A DNA stretch of 23,063 bases, from positions 1 to 23,063 of the forward strand of contig DAOWGI010000028.1 of assembly GCA_030637655.1 (NCBI GenBank). Reading direction: 5' to 3'. The stretch is from a candidate division FCPU426 bacterium. GTDB taxonomy: Bacteria > Oederibacteriota > JAAXVQ01 > JAUVAV01. Of the stretch, positions 16,017-23,063 are shown piece after piece; within the stretch, counting starts at the first letter, position 1; every line of letters starts with the position of its first letter. The position numbers and the translations under genes are program-made. The notes under the pieces are model-generated. The model had not been told where the DNA came from and ran no database searches. It saw only the letters and a program-made list of their open reading frames with translations.

Positions 16017-16625
16017 ATGAAGAACCCAGGAACCAGGAACAGGCCAAAACCAACAAAAACCACTTCAGACCGAAAAAACTCCAGTGGATTTCTCTGGCTG
16101 GCCATGAATAAACCCGCAGAGGCAACGACTACGCGAAAAGAAGACATGGGTCGAAGAACGGTTTACGATTTATTACCGCCGAATTTACCCCGGGTTGAGT
16201 CGGTAGGTCGTCTGGATCGAGCTACCACCGGTTTACTGCTATTTACCAATGAGTTTAAGTTGGGACAGGCCCTCTTGAATCCGGAGAATGAGATTCCCCG
16301 GGTTTACCGGGTAGTAACAAATCGTCCTCTGCCTGAGCAGGCTTTGCCAACCCTGCGTCAGGGCGTGCTGCTGCAAGGCGGTACCATCTGTCAGCCGATA
16401 AAAATACAGAAAAACAATTTTCCCACACCTGGGCGCTCCTATGTATTTACACTCCAAGAGGGCAAATATCGTGAGGTCAGACGACTGGTCATGCATTTTG
16501 GCAGGACCGTGCGGGGGCTGCATCGTCTTACTTTCGGTCCTATTGAGCTGGGAAATTTGAAACCAGGGCAAGTGAGGCGGTTACCGGACTGGGAAATTAA
16601 TAAAATCCGAAAAATGATAAAATGA
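16017..16625 (+). CDS. rRNA pseudouridine synthase, RsuA/RluB/RluE family, lacking S4 domain
   Basis: NKP motif, catalytic VGRLDRATTGLLL, EGKYREVRR and GLHRLTFGPIELGNLKPG. Start is uncertain (15996 or 16017). Confidence 0.92.
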   Translation: MKNPGTRNRPKPTKTTSDRKNSSGFLWLAMNKPAEATTTRKEDMGRRTVYDLLPPNLPRVESVGRLDRATTGLLLFTNEFKLGQALLNPENEIPRVYRVVTNRPLPEQALPTLRQGVLLQGGTICQPIKIQKNNFPTPGRSYVFTLQEGKYREVRRLVMHFGRTVRGLHRLTFGPIELGNLKPGQVRRLPDWEINKIRKMIK

Positions 16626-16640
16626 CACCCCTTTTTCCCC

Positions 16641-16670
16641 TTGACGACGCTTAATTTGATGGTGTATTAT
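16641..16670 (+). promoter_or_regulatory. Sigma70-type promoter for tRNA-Val (and probably the downstream operon)
   Basis: TTGACG, 18-bp spacer, TATTAT, ending 16 bp before the tRNA. Confidence 0.6.
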
Positions 16671-16686
16671 CACCCTCTATTAAAAT

Positions 16687-16763
<77 letters not shown>

Positions 16764-16906
16764 GCTAATAATTTGGAGATAATCCGTTTTTATTATTATT
16801 CCACCCTGCTTTGGGAAGAGTATTTATTGCCTTTCCTCTGCCCAGAGTATCGGTAGCTTCAAAAAGTGAGGAAGATGTTGTGGAGCGTAGTCAAGGAGGC
16901 GTCCGC

Positions 16907-17641
16907 ATGGACGAAAAATTGTCGGAAAATGTCAGGGATGTAAAAGCGCAAGTTGCTGCTTTGGTTGCACTCCAAAAACTGGATGATGAAATCAATCAGC
17001 GCAACAGGCGGATTCAATGCCTGGAAGAGCTTATCCAGTCTGAAGATAAGACTATAAATCATTTGCGCGAAGGCTTAAGCGATCGCAAAAAAGAGATGGA
17101 AAGCATGCTTAAAGATCGACGTGCTGCCGAAGTGACCACCACTCAAAAAAACGAAGAAGCGCAAAGACTGGGTGGTCAGCTTTTTGAAGTAAAAACCAAT
17201 GAAGCCTACAGCACGCTCCAAAATGAGATTCAACAGAAAAAACATGAAACCGCTCTGCTGGAAGAGCGTATTCTGGAATTAATGGTTGCTGAAGACGAGC
17301 TCAAAGGTAAAATCAAAGAAACGGAAGCAGAATTAAAGCAAGGTGAGCAACAAGTGGCAGCCCGGCAAGCGGAACATAAAAATGAAATTGTGGAGTTTGA
17401 AAAAGAAATCTCGGATTTTCAGGCCCAGTGGGAAACCGCTGCTAAAAATGTCAAATTCGAATATTTAGATCTCTATCAGCGCTTGCGCGCTGCCAAGGAA
17501 GGCAAAGCCATGGCTCGTATTGAGAATGATATTTGCATGGGCTGCCGTTTGGCGATCCGGCCGCAGGCCGCCATTGAACTGAAAAAATATCGCAGTTTGT
17601 TGTACTGCAATAATTGCGCGCGCATCCTTTACGTGGATTAA
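16907..17641 (+). CDS. Coiled-coil C4-type zinc-ribbon protein (DUF164 / CdsZ / HP0958-like)
   Basis: AAGGAGG SD before ATG 16907, preferred to the ORF-track start 16811. LQKLDDEI, long coiled coil, VKTNEAY and C-terminal CMGC...CNNCARIL. Confidence 0.92.
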   Translation: MDEKLSENVRDVKAQVAALVALQKLDDEINQRNRRIQCLEELIQSEDKTINHLREGLSDRKKEMESMLKDRRAAEVTTTQKNEEAQRLGGQLFEVKTNEAYSTLQNEIQQKKHETALLEERILELMVAEDELKGKIKETEAELKQGEQQVAARQAEHKNEIVEFEKEISDFQAQWETAAKNVKFEYLDLYQRLRAAKEGKAMARIENDICMGCRLAIRPQAAIELKKYRSLLYCNNCARILYVD

Positions 17642-18624
17642 TGCCCTCCCGTCAACCTGCTGTCTCTGCTGTCATTCAAGACGCCCGTCGTGTGCTGCGA
17701 ATTGAGGCCAAAGCGATCTCGGATCTAATCCGTCAGGTCGGCCCGGAATTTGAACGCGCGGTGGAACTGGTTTTTCAATGCTTAGGCCGTGTTGTTGTGA
17801 TCGGTTTGGGCAAATCCGGGGTCATTGGCCAAAAAATCGCCGCCACCATGGCATCCACAGGAACACCGGCTATTTTTGTGCATGCTTCAGAAGCCATTCA
17901 TGGTGATCTGGGTATGCTGATGGAAAAAGACATTGTTATTGCCATTTCTAATTCCGGAGAAACCGAAGAGTTGGTCCGGTTGCTTCCGCACATCAAACGT
18001 TTGGGACTCAGCCTGATTGCCATGACAGGAAACTTGAAGAGTGTTTTGGCCGCCAATGCCGAGGTGGTACTCAATGTGACAGTGCGGGAAGAAGCCTGTG
18101 CCTTAGGATTGGCGCCTACTGCCAGTACTACTGCTATGTTGGCCATGGGCGATACTCTGGCAGTAGTCTTGATGAATCGGCGCGGGTTTAAACCTGAGGA
18201 TTTTTCCAAGTTACATCCAGGCGGAGAATTGGGCAAACGATTGATCAAGATACGGGATATCATGCATACTAGTACGCACATTCCCAAAGTGCCTAAGCAG
18301 TCAACCGTGGAAAGCGCGGTGTACGAAATGACACGCAAACGCTTTGGTTGTGTGGGTGTGGTGGATGCCAAAGGCCGCTTAGCTGGGATTTTTACAGACG
18401 GGGACCTGCGTCGCTTGGTTGGAAAAGAACAGGCAGTTACCAAATTAAAAATTGGGCAGGTCATGACCCCGAGTCCGATTGTGTTGCGTGAAGATGAATT
18501 GGCCATCAAAGCTGTCCGTGTCATGCAGGACAAACGTATTTATGTGTTATTGGTGGTGGATGCTAAGAAAAAATTGATTGGGATTCTCCATTTTCTCGAT
18601 CTTTTTGATGCCGGAGTGGTCTGA
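17641..18624 (+). CDS. kdsD: Arabinose-5-phosphate isomerase (KpsF/GutQ family; SIS + 2 CBS)
   Basis: GLGKSGVIG, EAIHGDLG, SNSGET, APTAST, HPGGELG and GIFTDGDLRR motifs. ATG overlaps the upstream TAA (TAATG). Confidence 0.95.
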   Translation: MPSRQPAVSAVIQDARRVLRIEAKAISDLIRQVGPEFERAVELVFQCLGRVVVIGLGKSGVIGQKIAATMASTGTPAIFVHASEAIHGDLGMLMEKDIVIAISNSGETEELVRLLPHIKRLGLSLIAMTGNLKSVLAANAEVVLNVTVREEACALGLAPTASTTAMLAMGDTLAVVLMNRRGFKPEDFSKLHPGGELGKRLIKIRDIMHTSTHIPKVPKQSTVESAVYEMTRKRFGCVGVVDAKGRLAGIFTDGDLRRLVGKEQAVTKLKIGQVMTPSPIVLREDELAIKAVRVMQDKRIYVLLVVDAKKKLIGILHFLDLFDAGVV

Positions 18625-19175
18625 TGTTGAGTAAAACCGCGCTTACTGGCCGTTTGAAACAGATACGTTTTGTGGTTGCGGATGTGGATGGCGTGCTCAC
18701 GGACGGTGGAATTTATATGGACAATTTTGGTCATGAAAGCAAGCGTTTTTCCGTGCAGGATGGAATGGGTTTGGCTATGGCCCGTTTGGGTGGTTTGCAG
18801 GTAGCTTTTCTTTCTGCCCGTGAGAGCAAGAGTGTGAATCAACGGGCCAAAGAATGCGGAGTCTCCTTGGTTATGCAGGGCAAAAAACAGAAGGCTCCGG
18901 CTTTTGCGGAATTGTGTTTGCAGGCCAAAGTAGAGCCAACGGCAACTTTGTATATGGGTGACGATCTCTTGGACCTGCCGGTTTTTGCGAAAACCGGTTT
19001 GGCTGTAGCGGTAGCCAATGCTGTGCCGGAAGTGAAAAAAGCAGCGCATTATATAACCGGTCTGGCCGGAGGACAAGGAGCTGTGCGCGAAGTGATGGAA
19101 CGTGTGTTGCGTGCCCAAGGTTCCTGGTCCAAAGTTATTTCTCAAATTCTCGGACACCATGCGGAAAAAAGTTAA
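18624..19175 (+). CDS. kdsC: KDO-8-phosphate phosphatase (HAD family)
   Basis: DVDGVLTDG, KRFSVQDG, YMGDDLLD and GGQGAVRE motifs. TGATG overlap with kdsD. Confidence 0.95.
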   Translation: MLSKTALTGRLKQIRFVVADVDGVLTDGGIYMDNFGHESKRFSVQDGMGLAMARLGGLQVAFLSARESKSVNQRAKECGVSLVMQGKKQKAPAFAELCLQAKVEPTATLYMGDDLLDLPVFAKTGLAVAVANAVPEVKKAAHYITGLAGGQGAVREVMERVLRAQGSWSKVISQILGHHAEKS

Positions 19176-20061
19176 GCATACCATAATTTATCTCGGGTTG
19201 CGTGTTTTAATATTTATTACACGCCTGCTGCCTTATGCTGTGGCGTTATGGCTGGGGGGAGTGCTCGGCGCAACATTTCATGATCTGGTTCCCAAGGAAC
19301 GAACCAGGGCGTGGAATAATCTGGCCATTGCTTTTCCTGAGGCACCGGTGTCAGAACGAAAAAGAATTACGCGCCGGCTCTTTATTTCCCTGGGCAAGAA
19401 TGCCCTGGAATTATTTAAAATGTTTTCCTATACCTCGGAAAAAATTGCCCGTCTGGTTACAGCAGTCGAAGGCGCCCAACACCTGGCAGCCGCGCATGCC
19501 CAAAAAAAGGGTGTCTTATGTTTGACAGCTCATTTAGGTAATTGGGAAATTCTTCCGATTTTTGTAAAACAACAAGGGTGGTCCTCCGCGGCTGTAGCGC
19601 AGGCCTTGTATGATGAGCGCTTGGATATACTGTTGAATAATTTTCGTGAGTCGCACGGTGTTCCAGTCATTAAACGGCAACAAGTGACTCGGGATATTAT
19701 CCGTAGCCTGCGTGAAAACCGGCTGCTGGGCATCTTGAATGATCAGGATACCGGGGTGGATTCCCGTTTTGCTCCTTTTTTTGGAAAAATGGCCAAAACA
19801 CCTATCGGCATCTTCCGGCTGGCACGGAAACTAAGCTGTCCGGTGGTACCGGTTTTTATCACTCGGCAAAAGGATGGTAAAAATAAGGTATTTATTGAAC
19901 CGGCCCTGGAAGTTCCAGTGACGCAGGATGAAGAAAAGGATCTGGTCGAATGTGCGCGATTGTGCAATGCTGCTATAGAAAAATTTGTTCGCCAATTTCC
20001 GGATCAGTGGGTTTGGTTTCATCAACGCTGGAAAAGTCAGCCTCCGGAAGCAGGCGCGTAA
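19159..20061 (+). CDS. lpxL: Lipid A late acyltransferase (LpxL/HtrB family)
   Basis: N-terminal TM helix, TAHLGNWE, LNDQD, APFFG and PDQWVWFHQRWK. Likely start ATG 19159 overlaps the end of kdsC. Confidence 0.9.
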   Translation: MRKKVKHTIIYLGLRVLIFITRLLPYAVALWLGGVLGATFHDLVPKERTRAWNNLAIAFPEAPVSERKRITRRLFISLGKNALELFKMFSYTSEKIARLVTAVEGAQHLAAAHAQKKGVLCLTAHLGNWEILPIFVKQQGWSSAAVAQALYDERLDILLNNFRESHGVPVIKRQQVTRDIIRSLRENRLLGILNDQDTGVDSRFAPFFGKMAKTPIGIFRLARKLSCPVVPVFITRQKDGKNKVFIEPALEVPVTQDEEKDLVECARLCNAAIEKFVRQFPDQWVWFHQRWKSQPPEAGA

Positions 20062-20087
20062 AATTCCGAAAAATGTGCGTGGGTAAA

Positions 20088-20690
20088 ATGAGAAGCTGTT
20101 CATTATCTTTAAATTGTTGGCAAGCAGTGAGTATGCTTTGTGTGCTGGTCACGTTGTTGTCCGGATGCACACAGGATCCGCCCACCATCCGGTTGGCTCC
20201 GATCAGTGGAGGGAGTGAAGAACCCACTATGCTTTTTGAAGGATTTCGCATGGTCTCGACCAACGCGCAAAACGTGGAGTGGGAATTCAAAGCCCGGGCT
20301 GCTCAGATCTATGAAAAAATCAATTTGGCCAAAGCCCAGGATATTGAAGTTTTGTATTGGCGCCAAGGCAAGGTGATTTCTACGTTGACCGCCAAGCGCG
20401 GTGTTATCCAAACCGATACTAATGATATGCGCGCGGAGAAAAATGTGGTCATGGTCTCGCATGAAGGTGTGTGTCTGTATACCGAACGTTTGAATTGGGA
20501 TCACACCAAGGATAAAATTTATACCGACTTGCCGGTACGTGTCGTGCGTGAGGGCAATGTTCTGACCGGTGTGGGTCTTGAAACGGATAGTGAATTGAAG
20601 CATATTGAAGTGCTCTCGGATGTGAAAATCAAAGTACGTTCCCTAAAAGAACTGGAAGAACAAAATAAAGCTGTGGAGAAGGCTCAATGA
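20088..20690 (+). CDS. lptC: LPS export periplasmic protein LptC
   Basis: Hydrophobic N-terminus with LLSGC, EWEFKARAA, LYTERLNWD, IYTDLPV and LTGVGLETD, plus synteny. Start is 20073 or 20088. Confidence 0.88.
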   Translation: MRSCSLSLNCWQAVSMLCVLVTLLSGCTQDPPTIRLAPISGGSEEPTMLFEGFRMVSTNAQNVEWEFKARAAQIYEKINLAKAQDIEVLYWRQGKVISTLTAKRGVIQTDTNDMRAEKNVVMVSHEGVCLYTERLNWDHTKDKIYTDLPVRVVREGNVLTGVGLETDSELKHIEVLSDVKIKVRSLKELEEQNKAVEKAQ

Positions 20691-21469
20691 AAAAACACTT
20701 GGCCTGGGCAATGACAGGACTATGCTTGGGACTGCTGGTGGGTTGTGTTCCCGGAAAGACCGTGCGTCTTGATTCGAACCGGAAAATAGTGATTCCGCGG
20801 GACAAAACCAAAGAATCCAAAGTTGTCTCCGCGGAAGAAAGCGAACGGTTCCGTCCGCCCAAAAAAGATAAGCCCATGCAGATTAGCTCGGACCGCATGA
20901 TCTACCGGGAAGAGGGTAAGGTAACGCTCTTTCTGGGCAATGTGCAGGTTAATCAGGAGCAAGCCTGGTTGTATACCCCTTATCTGCAAGTTAACTCTGA
21001 GCTGGGATTGGCTTCGGCGCGTCAAGGCGTGCGTTTGATTGATCATGAGCGCGGTATTACAGTAACTGCCAAGGAATTGGACTACCAAGAGGATCTATCC
21101 AATGTCATCACGCGGGAGAACGTGAAAGTGAGTACGCACGATGATCAGGGTATGGCACTGCGGTTGTATGGCCGGCGAATGGAGTGGGAAAAAAAAACCG
21201 AGAGCGTGCTGGCTACCGGGGATGTTGTGCTACACTACAAAGACACCACAGCCACAGCGGAAATCATGACTTACTATCAAAAACAACAAAAGCTGAAACT
21301 GGCCAAGGAATCGGATACGTCCGGAAAAAATCCTGTTGTCCGGCAGAAGGACAATATGATTACCGGTCAGATCATTACCTTGCTGATTAAAGAGAAGATC
21401 TATGAGGTTGAGGGATCAGCCAAGGCAATTATTTTGCCTAAGAAAAAACAGGCCAAAGCACAGGAGTAA
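20687..21469 (+). CDS. lptA: LptA/OstA-family beta-jellyroll protein
   Basis: [25 protein letters not shown] and NMITGQII. Lies between lptC and lptB with an ATGA overlap, and has the lipobox LLVGC. Confidence 0.82.
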   Translation: MKKHLAWAMTGLCLGLLVGCVPGKTVRLDSNRKIVIPRDKTKESKVVSAEESERFRPPKKDKPMQISSDRMIYREEGKVTLFLGNVQVNQEQAWLYTPYLQVNSELGLASARQGVRLIDHERGITVTAKELDYQEDLSNVITRENVKVSTHDDQGMALRLYGRRMEWEKKTESVLATGDVVLHYKDTTATAEIMTYYQKQQKLKLAKESDTSGKNPVVRQKDNMITGQIITLLIKEKIYEVEGSAKAIILPKKKQAKAQE

Positions 21470-21474
21470 AGCAT

Positions 21475-22251
21475 ATGCCGGTTAAAGTGAACCCTGAGAA
21501 AAATATTGTCGGACCTGCGATGCTTAGCACTCAACACTTGATTAAAGTGTACCGAAAAAAGCGAGTGGTCAATGAGGTGAATATCGAAGTGAACCGCGGG
21601 GAGATTGTCGGGCTCTTGGGGCCCAATGGCGCCGGAAAAACCACGACGTTTTATATGGTAGTAGGCATGATCCAACCTGAAAGCGGCAGGATTATGTTAC
21701 ACCAGGCAGATAAAACAGTGCTGGAGATTACGGAGCTGCCAATGTATCGCCGGGCGCGTCTGGGAATATCCTATTTGTCTCAAGAGTCCTCGGTTTTTCG
21801 CAAATTGACGGTAGAAGAAAATCTGCTGGCCATTTTGGAGACACTTAAGCTGAGCCGGGACGAGCAGGAAAAACGCTTAACTCATTTATTGTCTGAACTT
21901 AATATCTCCCATTTGCGCAAGCAGAAAGCCTACACGCTTTCCGGAGGGGAGCGTCGTCGTTTGGAGATTACCCGGGCCTTGGTTATTGATCCGGCCTTTA
22001 TTCTCTTGGATGAACCTTTTGTAGGTGTGGATCCGATTGCGGTTTTGGACATTCAGAATATTATCCGGCAATTAAAAAAGCGGGGAATCGGGATTATGAT
22101 TACGGATCACAATGTTAGGGAAACCCTCTCCATTACAGACCGGGCGTACATACTTTATGAAGGTAAAATCCTCTTGTCCGGTTCTGCTGGGAAATTAGCC
22201 AACAGCCAGAAAGCCAAAGAAATCTACTTGGGGGAAAAATTCACCTTGTAA
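21475..22251 (+). CDS. lptB: LPS export ABC transporter ATPase
   Basis: [48 protein letters not shown] and YLGEKF motifs. Confidence 0.97.
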   Translation: MPVKVNPEKNIVGPAMLSTQHLIKVYRKKRVVNEVNIEVNRGEIVGLLGPNGAGKTTTFYMVVGMIQPESGRIMLHQADKTVLEITELPMYRRARLGISYLSQESSVFRKLTVEENLLAILETLKLSRDEQEKRLTHLLSELNISHLRKQKAYTLSGGERRRLEITRALVIDPAFILLDEPFVGVDPIAVLDIQNIIRQLKKRGIGIMITDHNVRETLSITDRAYILYEGKILLSGSAGKLANSQKAKEIYLGEKFTL

Positions 22252-22530
22252 AATCGGGTGGATTCCAAATGCCCGGGGGTAGCTATATTTACGTGGTTTT
22301 ACAAATATGTACATTTCTGTACTGGAAATAAAAATTTAGGTATTTTGTCAGTTCTTATAGAGAATTTCGAAATAATTATCCAAGTAAAATTGTAATTCTG
22401 ACTTTTTATCGATATACTTAAAGAATATTATTCAGCCCTTATGATTGTTAAAATATAGCGCTGCATTTTAATAATAATTAATCTTGCCAACTCGATCCTG
22501 AATTTTCATCTCCTAAGAAGAGAGGACCAT

Positions 22531-23063
22531 ATGACATTATTGAAACAATTCGTAATAATCTGTTTTATCCTGGCTCTGGCGCACACCGCATTTGGCGCGT
22601 GGGAGATTAATGAGGTTGGAGTGGGTGGCGGTATCTTTTATGATGTCACTGTGACTGCCGGTCGTAATGGTTCCACAACCCCCTATGTGTACGCTGCTTG
22701 CAGTGATTCCAGGGTATATGAATTCGCCTGGAACGGCGCCAGTTGGGTGGGTGGGCCCATTGCCTCGGATTATCTAAGATTCCAAGGAATCACTGCCGGT
22801 CAGGGACGCAATGACGGAACCATGTACGTGTATGCCACTAACGTTGATGACCGTATACATGAATTATACTACAACGGCGCCAGTTGGATCCGGACCGAAT
22901 TGCCAGAGGCCGGAGATAATTTCGCATATTGTGCTGTAGGCCCCGGCCGGAACAATGAATCCACGGTATATGTGTATGGCGGTGAGGACGGCGGTGTGGT
23001 ACATGAATATGAATATAATGGATCCTGGACCAGGACAGCCATTGGCGGCCCTGGAGGTTTTAA
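22531..23063 (+). CDS. Secreted beta-propeller repeat protein (3'-truncated by window edge; absent from the ORF track)
   Basis: AGAGGA SD, ATG 22531, signal peptide MTLLKQFVIICFILALAHTAFG|A. Three ~47-aa repeats (GRN..T.YVY......V/IxEY.xNG.SW) follow, and the frame stays open to the end. Confidence 0.88.
   Translation, partial: MTLLKQFVIICFILALAHTAFGAWEINEVGVGGGIFYDVTVTAGRNGSTTPYVYAACSDSRVYEFAWNGASWVGGPIASDYLRFQGITAGQGRNDGTMYVYATNVDDRIHELYYNGASWIRTELPEAGDNFAYCAVGPGRNNESTVYVYGGEDGGVVHEYEYNGSWTRTAIGGPGGF

Noticed and set aside
16764-16906. ncRNA (e.g. RNase P RNA) or N-terminal extension from TTG 16811
   Set aside because: Too short and lacks RNase P consensus; only a weak hairpin is present. 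A strong SD supports ATG 16907.
17898-22071. Antisense and alternate-frame ORFs over kdsD-lptB
   Set aside because: They fully overlap well-supported genes.

Overview
Bacterial chromosome window from a diderm, LPS-producing organism; every supported gene is on the + strand. The lineage is uncertain, but the gene style resembles giant-gene-bearing candidate phyla such as Omnitrophota, Elusimicrobiota or FCPU426 (inference). (1) Positions 1-9861 are one reading frame, open at the left edge and broken only by an in-frame TAG at 742-744. It encodes a giant (>3280 aa) multi-membrane mosaic protein with an N-terminal TIKI/TraB/EreA/ChaN-like domain. It also has several 4-TM modules with degenerate CPBP/Abi motifs (E..FxxxH..HxxxN) and unrelated AT-rich cargo domains that follow internal signal or anchor peptides. 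Near-identical 150-bp and 95-bp DNA blocks and a 13-bp junction repeat bracket the divergent modules. This is the best candidate for an undescribed system: a cassette-assembled, possibly self-processing membrane polyprotein. (2) A MITE-like palindromic element follows, then rpsU-dnaG-rpoD-tRNA-Ile2(CAT). (3) Three accessory genes (membrane protein, SAM methyltransferase, S4-less pseudouridine synthase) sit among REP-like repeats, followed by tRNA-Val(CAC). (4) A coupled operon encodes a C4 zinc-ribbon protein, kdsD, kdsC, an LpxL-type acyltransferase, lptC, lptA and lptB. (5) The start of a secreted beta-propeller repeat protein runs off the right edge. All family assignments come from motif recognition by eye; no searches were run.
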